Source: Acidobacteriota bacterium (GTDB taxonomy: Bacteria; Acidobacteriota; Thermoanaerobaculia; Gp7-AA8). From it: 64,000 bases of DNA. A program made the position numbers and the translations under genes. The notes under the pieces were generated by a model that saw only the letters and a program-made list of their open reading frames with translations, made no database searches and was not told the DNA's origin. The DNA is taken from contig JAJPHC010000030.1 in assembly GCA_021325515.1 (NCBI GenBank), forward strand, positions 78,976 through 142,975, in the 5' to 3' direction. This document shows positions 47,656-57,190 of the stretch, in pieces. Each line of letters starts with the position of its first letter. Positions within the stretch are counted from its first letter, which is position 1.

Positions 47656-48663
47656 ATGAATGCATTCGCCGCAGTCCTTCTCTCACTGACCCTGCTCAAG
47701 GATCCCGGCGCAAAAGCGCCGCGCATCATCAGTCACGATTCCTGGTCGTCGTTCCTCGCTGGTGCGGTCTTCGCGACTTCGGTCACGGAAACGGGTCCGG
47801 CCACCACGCGCAATGAAGTGTTCTCGACGAACTGGATCGATGCCGGCGCGGCGCGCGACTTCGGCGGCCGCGGAGTCATCGTCGCACGCGTCAAAGGTTC
47901 GCTCGAGCCGCTGACGATCAAGGACAGCGGCTATCCCCAACTGCTCCAGTACGTCTCGGAGCACCATGGCGGGCCGCTACTCGACTCGATGCCCGCGCAC
48001 GATGCGCTGGAGGAGGCTTCGCTCGATGCGGGCGTCGGGATCGGCGGCGCCATTGCGCACGTGATGCTCGCTCCGGTTGCGGAGGCACCGCTCGGGCCCG
48101 CACCGTTCCAGCGCCGGGAATCCTCCGTCGATTTCGCCGAGGCGCCGTTCACGTACGAAACGGCGGAGAGCTGGCGGCGCGTGAAACGTCTCGTGGGTGC
48201 CGGTGTCGCCGCGGACTCCTTCCGCATCGATGCCGCGAGGTTCGACCACGATGCCTGGTCGGTGCGCACGGTCATCGCGCCGGTGTCTAACGTTTCGCTG
48301 CAGCTCTCTCGCGGACGGCTGGAAGACAAACGGACGATCAGCAGCGCGTCGCTCTCGTTCAGCGGCCGTGCAATCGCGGCGACGGCGCATTGGATCGAGA
48401 ACGGCGGCGTGACGGCGTACGGCGTCGAGACCACGCTTCGAATCGCACGCAACACGCTGCTGGCCCGCGCCGAGTCCGCGCCGCTTCCCGAGCGGCGGAA
48501 GCACGTCACGCTCGGCTACCTCTTCGATTTCATCCAGCGCGAAACGTGGCGGACCGGCGCCGGCGTGAATGTCGATTACCACTCCGACACACATGCCATC
48601 AGCGACCGCTACGGGCACAAGCCGCAGAGCATCTACCTCTTCCTCCGCGCCCGCACGTCGTGA
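47656..48663 (+). CDS. Hypothetical exported protein, possibly an outer-membrane beta-barrel
   Basis: Signal-like N-terminus, alternating beta-strand pattern and C-terminal YLFLRAR. Confidence 0.6.
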   Translation: MNAFAAVLLSLTLLKDPGAKAPRIISHDSWSSFLAGAVFATSVTETGPATTRNEVFSTNWIDAGAARDFGGRGVIVARVKGSLEPLTIKDSGYPQLLQYVSEHHGGPLLDSMPAHDALEEASLDAGVGIGGAIAHVMLAPVAEAPLGPAPFQRRESSVDFAEAPFTYETAESWRRVKRLVGAGVAADSFRIDAARFDHDAWSVRTVIAPVSNVSLQLSRGRLEDKRTISSASLSFSGRAIAATAHWIENGGVTAYGVETTLRIARNTLLARAESAPLPERRKHVTLGYLFDFIQRETWRTGAGVNVDYHSDTHAISDRYGHKPQSIYLFLRARTS

Positions 48664-48715
48664 ATGTTCGGTGACGGCGGTTGCACGGAGGATCAGGCGA
48701 TCTCATATTCCTGAC

Positions 48716-49192
48716 ATGAGTCTGGCTGCCGTGCTCCTCTTCGCCGCCTCGCAGAACATCGCGAATCCGAACATCGACATGGCTGCCTATCTGCGCGCCG
48801 CATCCGAAGCGGCCGCCGAGCGGCAGACGCATCGCCTCACCGAGGATGAATTCATCGCGATGAGCCGGATGCCGGGGACGGTGATCCTCGATGCGCGCAG
48901 CGCTGAGATGTACCGGCTGCGCCACGTGCGCGGCGCGATCAATCTCAGCTTTCCCGACATCGCGATCGCAAGCCTCGCGAAGCTCCTGCCGGACAAGAAC
49001 ACGCGCATCCTCATCTACTGCAACAACAACTTCCGAGGCGATGAGATCGCGTTCGCGTCGAAGATCGCGCGCGCGTCGCTGAATCTCTCGACTTACATCG
49101 CGCTCTACAGCTACGGCTACAGGAATGTGTGGGAGCTCGGCCCGCTGCTGGATGTGAAGACAACGAAGATCGAGCTCGAGGGGACTCACTAG
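48716..49192 (+). CDS. Rhodanese-like domain protein
   Basis: Motifs ILDARS..Y..HVRGAINL and LIYCNNN. Confidence 0.8.
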   Translation: MSLAAVLLFAASQNIANPNIDMAAYLRAASEAAAERQTHRLTEDEFIAMSRMPGTVILDARSAEMYRLRHVRGAINLSFPDIAIASLAKLLPDKNTRILIYCNNNFRGDEIAFASKIARASLNLSTYIALYSYGYRNVWELGPLLDVKTTKIELEGTH

Positions 49193-49206
49193 GGAACGAC
49201 GAGCTC

Positions 49207-49947
49207 TCAGCTTGTCCTTCTCGCGACGAGCAGCAGGCCCGGCCCGAACGGCACCCACGAGAACAGCTCGTCGATCGTGAAGAGCGCGCGCACGAACGCC
49301 ACGAGCATGCGCGACTTCCCTGCCCTGCGCACCGTGCCCAGCATCGCATCGTCATCGATCCGATGCTTCGCGCGGCGGCGGTTCATCGGCCGCAGCAGCA
49401 CATAGTCATAGATCAGCGCGAGCGGGAAACCCCAGTAGCTCGCCTTGGCAACCCGCATCCCAGCCGATTGAAACAACGCGCGCAACTGTTCGCGCGAGTA
49501 GCGCCGGCGATGTTCGTAATAGACGTCCGACGTGCTCCAGAGACTCATCAGCGCGGGGACAGTCGTGACGCAGAGGCCATCCTCGCGCAGGACGCGGCGG
49601 ATCTCACCAGCGGCTGCACCATCGTGCTCGAGATGCTCGAGCGTCTCGCCCGAGGTCACGCCGTCGAAGGCGCCGTCGCGAAAGGGCATGCGCGTCATGT
49701 CGCCGACGACCACGGGAATCGAGCTCGTCCGTTTCACGTGCAGCGCGGCCTCGAACGAATAGTCGATGCCGGTGACGCGGAAGCCGCGGCCCTGCAATTG
49801 CGCCGCGAGAGTCCCGAGTCCGACCGCGCCGTCGAGCACGCGGGAGCCGTCCGGCAGGCGCTCGACCTCACGCACGATGCGGCCGAGCCGGTGCGCGTGA
49901 AGCGGGCCAAACATCTCGGGCTGCGTGCCCCATTCGTGAGTCGGCAT
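49207..49947 (-). CDS. Class I SAM-dependent methyltransferase
   Basis: Motifs VLDGAVGLG, GDMTRMPF, LEHL and HRRRYS. Confidence 0.85.
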   Translation of the reverse strand: MPTHEWGTQPEMFGPLHAHRLGRIVREVERLPDGSRVLDGAVGLGTLAAQLQGRGFRVTGIDYSFEAALHVKRTSSIPVVVGDMTRMPFRDGAFDGVTSGETLEHLEHDGAAAGEIRRVLREDGLCVTTVPALMSLWSTSDVYYEHRRRYSREQLRALFQSAGMRVAKASYWGFPLALIYDYVLLRPMNRRRAKHRIDDDAMLGTVRRAGKSRMLVAFVRALFTIDELFSWVPFGPGLLLVARRTS

Positions 49948-50016
49948 GATGCGCTACCGTATCGCTCGGGGCGCCGTCAGGAATTCCCGCGCGACCCTTC
50001 GTGTAGACTACGCGAA

Positions 50017-51549
50017 ATGTCTCAACGCGTTCTTCTGATTGGCCCGCCCTGGGGCGATGTCTACGGCAACTTCAAACATGTGGCGAAAGTCGGCGTCTTC
50101 TACCCGCCGCTCGGCCTCTGCTATCTGAAAAGTCCCCTCGTCGCAGCAGGTTACGACGTCAAAGTCGTCGATGCCGAGGCGTCGGGCTTCTCGATGTCCG
50201 ACATCCTCTCCGTCGTCGGCGACTACAACCCGGACATCATCGGCATTCAGGTCGTCTCGCCTCTGTGGGAAACGGCGAAGAGCATCGCCGCCGCAGTCCG
50301 GGAGCGCTTCCCGAAGATCATCAATGTCTGCGGTGGCCCGCACGTCACGCTGACACATGTCGATGCGATGAAAGAGGCGCCGCAGTTCGACTACGCCGTG
50401 CTCTCCGAATCCGAGGATGGATTTACGGAGCTCGTCGAAGCGATCACGAAGGGCGACTCGAACGATCTCGACAAAGTCGGCGGCATTCTCTATCGCCGCA
50501 ACGGCGAGATCCGCAGGACGCAGCCGCGCACACTGCGCCCCGATGTCGACAATCTCCACTTCCCCGACCGCCGCGATCTCGATCACAGCAAGTACCTCTT
50601 CAGCGTTCCCGGCGCAGGCATCCGCCGCTTCACCACGATCATCACGTCGCGCGGCTGCCCCTACAACTGCACGTTCTGCACGGAGCCGCTGATGTACGGC
50701 CGCACGACGCGCTTCCGCTCCGCGCGGAACGTCGTCGATGAAGTGCAGGACTTTCACGACCGGCACAACATCAATCACTTCATCTTCGTCGACGACACGC
50801 TCACCACGCGCAAAGAGCGGATCATGGAGATGTGCTCCCTTCTGCGCGAGCGCAAGCTCGACATCACGTGGGAGGGGTGGACGCACGTCAACACCGTCGA
50901 TCAGGATCTGCTGCACGAAATGCATGCGGCGGGACTGCGCCGCCTTTCGTTCGGCATCGAGTCCGGCAACGCGGAAGTGCTGCAGTCTCTCAAGAAGAAC
51001 TCGACGCTGCCGCGCATTCGCGAGGCCTATCGCTGGGCCAAGAACGCCGGCATCGAGACCCGCGGCTCCGTCATCCTCGGCCTCCCCGGCGACACGCGGA
51101 AGTCGGCGCAGGAGACGATCGACTTCGTCGTCGGCCTCAAGGAATGCGATCACGCTTACTTCAACATCGCGATGCCGTATCCCGGCACCGAGATCCGCCG
51201 CCAGGCGCTCGCAGGTGAAGCAGGCGTTCGCCTGCTGACCGAGGAGTATTCGGAGCTGCGGAGACAGGGGCAGAAGGTCGTGATGGAGGTCAATGACCTC
51301 GACACGAAGGCGCTGCTCCAACTGCAGCGCCAGGCCTATCTCCGTTTCTGGCTGACACCGCGGCGCATCTGGTACAACGTCGTCCGCTCCGGCTTCAAGG
51401 CAGCGCTGCAGAATGGATGGGCGTTCTTCCGCTCATTCGTGATGCCGACGCGCAACGGCCGCATCCGCTTCATCTCCGAGATCACCGATATTTACGAGGC
51501 GGTGTCGGGCCGTGCGTGGAGCGCGCAGGAGAAGGATAAGGCGGCGTAG
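50017..51549 (+). CDS. B12-binding radical SAM protein (class B-like)
   Basis: PPLGL, GGPH, SRGCPYNCTFC, FVDD, FGIESG and PYPGT motifs. Confidence 0.92.
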   Translation: MSQRVLLIGPPWGDVYGNFKHVAKVGVFYPPLGLCYLKSPLVAAGYDVKVVDAEASGFSMSDILSVVGDYNPDIIGIQVVSPLWETAKSIAAAVRERFPKIINVCGGPHVTLTHVDAMKEAPQFDYAVLSESEDGFTELVEAITKGDSNDLDKVGGILYRRNGEIRRTQPRTLRPDVDNLHFPDRRDLDHSKYLFSVPGAGIRRFTTIITSRGCPYNCTFCTEPLMYGRTTRFRSARNVVDEVQDFHDRHNINHFIFVDDTLTTRKERIMEMCSLLRERKLDITWEGWTHVNTVDQDLLHEMHAAGLRRLSFGIESGNAEVLQSLKKNSTLPRIREAYRWAKNAGIETRGSVILGLPGDTRKSAQETIDFVVGLKECDHAYFNIAMPYPGTEIRRQALAGEAGVRLLTEEYSELRRQGQKVVMEVNDLDTKALLQLQRQAYLRFWLTPRRIWYNVVRSGFKAALQNGWAFFRSFVMPTRNGRIRFISEITDIYEAVSGRAWSAQEKDKAA

Positions 51550-51554
51550 TTTTT

Positions 51555-51689
51555 GTCGCGGTTGCGGGGGCTCGCGGGCTCTGGGTTGCGCGGGCTCGCG
51601 GGTGCGCGGCGTCAACTACCAAGTAAGCCTAGCGCCTAGCGCCTAGCGCCTAGCGCCCAGCGCCCAGCGCCTAGCGCCCAGCGCCCAGA
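51555..51689. repeat. Compound repeat: CCGCGAGC-family octamers plus 9x heptamer GCC(T/C)AGC (51627-51689)
   Basis: Directly visible; lies between convergent genes. Confidence 0.85.
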
Positions 51690-51690
51690 C

Positions 51691-52500
51691 TCACAGATCC
51701 ACCCCGCTCCCCGCGACCACCTGCGCGTGATTGAGTGCAGCGACGAGCAGCACACCTCCGATCACGTTTCCTGTCAGCGCGGGCAGCAGGAATCCCATCG
51801 CGAACTCGCTCCATGAGCTGCCGCCCACGAGCACGAGGAACGCGGTCTCGACGGCTCCTGCGATGACGTGGCTGAACTGCGCGAGTGCGATCACGTAAGT
51901 GATCACGCCGATCACCCAGACACGTGCGGCCTCTGCGAACGGCAGCAGCCAGACGGTCAATGCGATCAGCCAGCCCGCGAAGATGCCGCGCAGCAAGGTC
52001 GCCGCGAATCCCGAGGTCTGCGCGTGACGCGCCAGCTCCACCATGCTGCGGAAGGCTTCCTCATCGACGATTTGCGTCCGCGCCAGCACGAAGGCCATGA
52101 CGAGACTGCCGGCAAGATTCGCTGCGAAGACGACGCACCAGAGCCGCACGACGTTGATGAACGTCGCGCGATTGCGATGCTGCAGGAGTGGAAGAATCAC
52201 AGTCAGCGTGTTCTCGGTGAAGAGCTGCTGTCTGCCGAGAATCACGATCAGGAAGCCGACGGGATAACCGAGGGCGACGAGGAGCGGGCGCCATTGGGAA
52301 TCGGGAAGGTGGGCGTGGATCAGCGCGGGCGTGATGAACGAGAAGCTCATCGACAGACCGGCGGCGAGACCCGACCACGCCAGCGCCTGCGATGGGCGCT
52401 GCAGCTCGCTCTCCCCTTCGCTGAAGATCGCCCGGTACACCACTTCGCCGGTCGGTGCACTTCGTTCTTCCGCTTCGTCCAGCGCTGCCTGATCGGTCAC
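51691..52500 (-). CDS. Formate/nitrite transporter family protein (YfdC-like)
   Basis: Motifs EGESEL.R, QLFTENT, AGWLIA, SHVIAG and GNVIGG. Start uncertain. Confidence 0.88.
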   Translation of the reverse strand: MTDQAALDEAEERSAPTGEVVYRAIFSEGESELQRPSQALAWSGLAAGLSMSFSFITPALIHAHLPDSQWRPLLVALGYPVGFLIVILGRQQLFTENTLTVILPLLQHRNRATFINVVRLWCVVFAANLAGSLVMAFVLARTQIVDEEAFRSMVELARHAQTSGFAATLLRGIFAGWLIALTVWLLPFAEAARVWVIGVITYVIALAQFSHVIAGAVETAFLVLVGGSSWSEFAMGFLLPALTGNVIGGVLLVAALNHAQVVAGSGVDL

Positions 52501-52591
52501 GCCGCGCTGGTTGTGCAAGAGGCGGCCCAGCCATCCCCAACTCGCCGCTGCACCCACCAATTTTGTATCCCAATTATGTATCATCGATCTC

Positions 52592-53881
52592 ATGCGCAGA
52601 CTGCTGATCGTTCTCTCGTTCCTGGCCATCCTCGCCGCATGCAGGAAGAAGGAAGCTGCCGCGACCGCGACGGCATCCTCCGCCGCTGCGACCGCAACTT
52701 CGCCGGCATTCACGCAGAAGACGCTTCCCGTGCACAACGGTGAAAACCTCGTGGCGCTCGCATCCGGTGCGATGCCTGTGATTCGCGCCGGCGCGCCCGA
52801 GCAGGGAGGCGAGGCGTACTACATGTTCGACGAAGATCCGCTGACGGGATGGGCCAGCAACGACGGCAAGTACAACGAGCCGACCGTCGTCGAGCTCGCG
52901 GATCGAAGCATCATCCACTCCGTCGAGTTCGACGAAAAGAACATCGCGTACGACGGCCGCTTGCCGCAGGGAGTGCTGATCGAAGTCTCCGACACGAGCG
53001 CCACCGACGGCTTCAAGCCGATCGCGAACGTGACGATGACCGAGATGAAGGACGGGCAGACCTTTCCCGTCTCCGCCGAAGTGCCCGGCCGCTGGGTGCG
53101 AATCTCCGTCAAGAAGGCCGCATCCGATGCCGCGATCGCGCAGATCATGGAGTTCCGCGCGTTTGGCGAGCGGCTCACGCACAATCCCGTGCCCGACATC
53201 ACCGGCACGTACGAAACCAACGCAGGCAAATTCCATCTCAAGCAGCAGGGCACTTCGGTCACCGGCTGCTACGACAACGGCAGCGAGCCGCTGATCGGCG
53301 GGATGGAGGGACGCATCCTGAAGTTCCGCTACGCAGTCGGAGAAAACGGCAGCGGCCCTGCGCTTCTCGTCACGTCGAGCACCGGCGATGTTTTCGGCGG
53401 ATGGTGGCGAACGGACAGCAAGGTGGTCGAGCATCCCACGCTCGATCCGATCGAAGGAAAGCGGATCAGCACCGACCCGGGCAACACCGCATGCCCGCAA
53501 TGGGCAGCGCCGGAAGCGCAGATGGCGTCGGAGCTGAAGCAGAAGGGACGCGTGCAGCTCTACGGCATCAACTTCGACAGCGATTCGGATGTCATCCGCG
53601 ACGAATCGAAGCCGGCACTCGATCAGGTCGTGGCGATGTTGAAAGCGGACGCAGGCCTGAAGCTGACAATCGAAGGCCACACCGATTCGACCGCAACGCC
53701 GGAGCACAATCTGGAGCTGTCGACGAAGCGCGCAAACGCGGTGAAGCAATACCTCACCGCCGCAGGCATCGACAGCGCCCGTCTCGACGCAGCCGGCCGC
53801 GGCGCCACGCAACCGGTGGCCACGAATGACACGCCGCTGGGACGCGCTGCGAATCGGAGAGTGGAATTGGTGAAGCGCTGA
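52592..53881 (+). CDS. OmpA-family lipoprotein with an N-terminal discoidin/galactose-binding-like domain
   Basis: LAAC lipobox. C-terminal INFD..IEGHTD..NLELS..RA..NRRVE. Confidence 0.85.
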   Translation: MRRLLIVLSFLAILAACRKKEAAATATASSAAATATSPAFTQKTLPVHNGENLVALASGAMPVIRAGAPEQGGEAYYMFDEDPLTGWASNDGKYNEPTVVELADRSIIHSVEFDEKNIAYDGRLPQGVLIEVSDTSATDGFKPIANVTMTEMKDGQTFPVSAEVPGRWVRISVKKAASDAAIAQIMEFRAFGERLTHNPVPDITGTYETNAGKFHLKQQGTSVTGCYDNGSEPLIGGMEGRILKFRYAVGENGSGPALLVTSSTGDVFGGWWRTDSKVVEHPTLDPIEGKRISTDPGNTACPQWAAPEAQMASELKQKGRVQLYGINFDSDSDVIRDESKPALDQVVAMLKADAGLKLTIEGHTDSTATPEHNLELSTKRANAVKQYLTAAGIDSARLDAAGRGATQPVATNDTPLGRAANRRVELVKR

Positions 53882-53883
53882 GG

Positions 53884-53945
53884 GTCTCGCGGGCCCGCGG
53901 TCGTTCACTGGATGACCGCGAGCCCGCGAGCCCGCGCATCCGCGT
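53884..53945. repeat. Inverted octamer hairpin (CCGCGAGC family)
   Basis: ctcgcgggcccgcggtc ... gaccgcgagcccgcgag. Confidence 0.75.
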
Positions 53946-53956
53946 GACCAACAACG

Positions 53957-54883
53957 TCACCGATACCGAATATCCAACACCTTCCTCACGACGTCCTTCG
54001 CGACGCCGGGAAGGTTCTGCACTCGCGTCAGCACGTCGTTGAACGCGTGCGACTCGCCGCCGTGCTTGAAGCATTCGCCGCAGCGCGGGAGTTGCGAGAA
54101 GTCGCGCGCCTCGAACGCTGCCTTCATCTGCAGCATGCGATCGCTCTTCACGATCTCTTCCAGCGTCTGCGTCTTCAGATCGCCCATGACCTGATCGCCA
54201 TGCGCGTCGTAGCAGCAGTGCGTGACGCGGCCATCGGCGAAGATCACGACCCAGGTGAAGAACGCCCCCTGCACGCAGCCGTAGAACTTTCCGTGGAGGT
54301 CCGTCTCCTCGTTGACATCGAGCGCCTCGCACGTCCGTTCGATCACGCGCGCATTCCTGTACTGCTTCAGATCGAAGAGGCGCCTGAAGTCATCCACCGA
54401 CTCATCGAGCGTGAGCCGCGACCGCATCTTCTGAATCTCGATGCGGAGCGGATGTCCTTTCGCCTGCCTGAGAAACTTCCGCGTCAGGTCAACGAGCTGT
54501 TCGAAGTCGCCGCCGGTGCGGATGTGCGGATACACATCGGGATTGATCGAGTCGACGCAGATGCGCAGCCGCTTGAGCGGCGACGCGAGGAGCTTCGCTC
54601 CCACCGCCTCCGTCAGCACCAGCCCGTTGGTCGACACACTCGCCTCGGGGAACAGCCGGATCGCATCGTCGATGCGGGAGTAGAGCAGCGGCTCGCCCAT
54701 CTCGTGCAGCCACTTCAGCTTCAGCCCGAGCCCGTGGATCTCGCGCTCCGCTTTCTCGACGAGCGGCCAGGCCATGTCTTCGTAGGGACGCCGCAGCACC
54801 GGCAGGGGGCACATGCCGCACCGCAGGTTGCACTTCGAGGTCAGCTCAAGGCCGACTTTGATCCGTCGCGGAATGACGCTCAT
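53957..54883 (-). CDS. Radical SAM/SPASM(twitch) protein
   Basis: CNLRCGMC, GEPLL and C-terminal C..CC..C..C. Confidence 0.88.
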   Translation of the reverse strand: MSVIPRRIKVGLELTSKCNLRCGMCPLPVLRRPYEDMAWPLVEKAEREIHGLGLKLKWLHEMGEPLLYSRIDDAIRLFPEASVSTNGLVLTEAVGAKLLASPLKRLRICVDSINPDVYPHIRTGGDFEQLVDLTRKFLRQAKGHPLRIEIQKMRSRLTLDESVDDFRRLFDLKQYRNARVIERTCEALDVNEETDLHGKFYGCVQGAFFTWVVIFADGRVTHCCYDAHGDQVMGDLKTQTLEEIVKSDRMLQMKAAFEARDFSQLPRCGECFKHGGESHAFNDVLTRVQNLPGVAKDVVRKVLDIRYR

Positions 54884-55980
54884 CGGCTCACCAAGCGCGC
54901 AAACACGTTCGCGTATTCCTTCCACGAATACTTGCGCGCCGACTCGGCGGCGGCCTGCTCCATCGCCGCGCGATCGCGCGAGGTGCAGAACTCGTCCACC
55001 GCGCGCGCGAGTCCCGCTGGGTCTTCCGTGTCGATGAGCATGCCGTTCCTGCCGTCGATGATCTCCGGAAGCCCGCCGACGCGGCTGGCGATCACCGGCC
55101 GTGCGAAGTGGAACGCCGTCAGCGCGACGCCGCTCTGCGCCTCGGCGCGATAGGGCGCGAGGACGACGTCCGCGGCCGCGAAGTACGTCGCGATCTCGGA
55201 GTCGGGGATGTAGCGGTACTCGAGGCGCACGCGATCCGCGACGCCCATCTCCTTCGCCAGCGCGCTGTACTCCTCGTCCGCGCCCCACCACGCCTCCCCT
55301 GCCGCGAGCAGCAGCACGTCGGACTTCACCTCGCGCCAGGCGCGCAGCGCGATGTCGACGCCCTTGAATGGACGCATGTGGCCGAACGAGAGTGCAACGA
55401 ATGGTTGGGAAATGCCGAGCTTCTGCCTCGCATCTTCGCGCGAAGGCATCTCGCCTCCCAGCTCATGCACGGGGAGGAACGTCTTGATCACATGGCGCCC
55501 CCGCGAGCGCCGCCAGGCCTCATCCGCTTCGGTCCGCGCATGGGTCACCAGCACGTCGCCGCGCCGCAGCACCGGATTCGTCATCGCACGCTTCCACCAC
55601 GCCGGCTCCTTGTCGCCGACGTTGTGGCACTGCAGGATCACGCGCGTGCGGCGCCGCAGCATCGCCATCATCACGCGATACGGCAGCTTCCACACCCAGA
55701 TGTAGAGGACGAAGATGACGTGGTCGTACTGGCGCAGCCGCCATCCCGCGCGCACCCAGGTGAAGGGATTCAGCAGGTCGACGATGAAGTCGGCCTTCGC
55801 ACGCGGCAGCGTCGCGTCCATGTCGCTCGCCCCGCCGGGATAGAGGCTGCGCGGATACTGCCTCGAGAACGAGATCACATCCGCCGGCTGCAGCTCCTCG
55901 GCTAACCGAGTGGTGCAGTACGCGACCCCCGAGCGGTAGGGAAAGACGGGACCGACGATGGCGAGGTTGTTGTCGTTCAT
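54880..55980 (-). CDS. Glycosyltransferase family 4
   Basis: Motifs FGHMRPFKG, PY..QSGV and ASRVGGLPE. Confidence 0.9.
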   Translation of the reverse strand: MNDNNLAIVGPVFPYRSGVAYCTTRLAEELQPADVISFSRQYPRSLYPGGASDMDATLPRAKADFIVDLLNPFTWVRAGWRLRQYDHVIFVLYIWVWKLPYRVMMAMLRRRTRVILQCHNVGDKEPAWWKRAMTNPVLRRGDVLVTHARTEADEAWRRSRGRHVIKTFLPVHELGGEMPSREDARQKLGISQPFVALSFGHMRPFKGVDIALRAWREVKSDVLLLAAGEAWWGADEEYSALAKEMGVADRVRLEYRYIPDSEIATYFAAADVVLAPYRAEAQSGVALTAFHFARPVIASRVGGLPEIIDGRNGMLIDTEDPAGLARAVDEFCTSRDRAAMEQAAAESARKYSWKEYANVFARLVSR

Positions 55981-56072
55981 CCTGAGCGCAGCGATGGATC
56001 AGCCAAGGCGCAGAGAAGACGACGCCGATTCGCGCGGCGCCTTGATTGACTCTTCGCTGCGCTCAGAGTGAC
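55976..56072. repeat. Palindromic element overlapping the radical SAM stop and the GT4 start
   Basis: Arms ttcatcctgagcgcagcgatggatc and gactcttcgctgcgctcagagtgac. Confidence 0.75.
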
Positions 56073-57147
56073 CGGACAGGAAATTCACCACGGTCGATGC
56101 GAAGTACGCTCCCCACGTCCGCACGTCGAAGACGAGCGACGACGACATGAAGCAGGAGTGCGTGCAGTGGCACTCTTTCGCCCGGATCGCGGCGCGCTGG
56201 GCGTCGGCCGCCTCGGAATACCAGAGCTTGTTGAAGTCGAAGCCATGCTCGCGCACGTTGCCGACCGCATCGCGAAGCTCGCACATCCGCACCTCGCCGC
56301 GCGCATCGAGCACGCCCGACACACGGCCGGCGTGACAGGGGCGCACCTGCGTCTCCTGCTCCAGCACCGCCAGCTCCATCCGCCGCGAGTAGATCTTCAC
56401 GAACTTCAGGAAGCTGTCGTAATGCGGATAGGAGTCCCAGTACGCCTCGAGCTTCGGCAGCAGCTCGCGATAGCGCTGCGTGGTGATCGGCTGGATGTTC
56501 TTGTCCGGCTGGTCGCCGCGCAGCATCTCGAACGAATGAAAGGAGACGGCCGGGAAATCGCGCTTCACTCCGGCACACAGCTCATCGAGATCCTCCGCGT
56601 TGTACGTGCACAAGCAGGTGTGCACGTTGACGGTGAGGTTCTCGTACTTGTCGCGCAGCGCGATCAGCGCGGCGTAGGTCTTCTTCGCTTTCTCGTAGTT
56701 ACCCGGCACGCCGCGGATCCAGTCGTGCTTCTCGCCGATGTGATCGATCGAGAGATTGACGACGATCTGCGTGTCCGGGCAGCGCTTCAGCGTCTCCTCG
56801 GTGTTGCGCGCGATGAGATCGCTCGCGATCGCGCCGGTCGGGATCGTGATCTGCTTCACATGATTCTTCTTCGACAGCGTCTCGCAGACCTCCGGCAGAT
56901 CGCGGCGCAGGAACGGCTCGCCGCCACTCATCACGATGAAGAGGAGATCGCCGAGGGAGGCGAAGGTCTTCTGAAGCTCCTCGAGGGAGAGCTCGTGCTC
57001 CTTGTTTTTCCGCAACTGCTCCCAGTTGAAACAGGTGCGGCAGAACGAGTTGCAGTCGTACGTCAGCCCGATGATGAGGTAGACGGGTTTCATCCCCCGC
57101 TTGTCGACGAGGAAACGCAGATACTGCAGTTTGTCGGTGAACTTCAT
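55999..57147 (-). CDS. Radical SAM/SPASM protein
   Basis: CNSFCRTC, SGGEPFLR, CHAG..CE and CHCTHSC. Confidence 0.9.
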   Translation of the reverse strand: MKFTDKLQYLRFLVDKRGMKPVYLIIGLTYDCNSFCRTCFNWEQLRKNKEHELSLEELQKTFASLGDLLFIVMSGGEPFLRRDLPEVCETLSKKNHVKQITIPTGAIASDLIARNTEETLKRCPDTQIVVNLSIDHIGEKHDWIRGVPGNYEKAKKTYAALIALRDKYENLTVNVHTCLCTYNAEDLDELCAGVKRDFPAVSFHSFEMLRGDQPDKNIQPITTQRYRELLPKLEAYWDSYPHYDSFLKFVKIYSRRMELAVLEQETQVRPCHAGRVSGVLDARGEVRMCELRDAVGNVREHGFDFNKLWYSEAADAQRAAIRAKECHCTHSCFMSSSLVFDVRTWGAYFASTVVNFLSGHSERSEESIKAPRESASSSLRLG

Positions 57148-57190
57148 GTGCGCTAACGAAACGGCCGGGACGGATCATACAATCCCGACG

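Noticed and set aside
49129-50016. N-terminal extension of the 806-aa radical SAM ORF
   Set aside because: It is antisense to the methyltransferase; the B12-binding domain starts at 50017.
51691-52500. FNT protein as the nitrite transporter for the nar clusters
   Set aside because: It is YfdC-like rather than NirC-like and lies about 25 kb away in an unrelated context.
53957-57147. RiPP cluster based on the SPASM proteins
   Set aside because: No precursor peptide, RRE/PqqD domain or transporter was seen, and the neighbours are glycosyltransferases.
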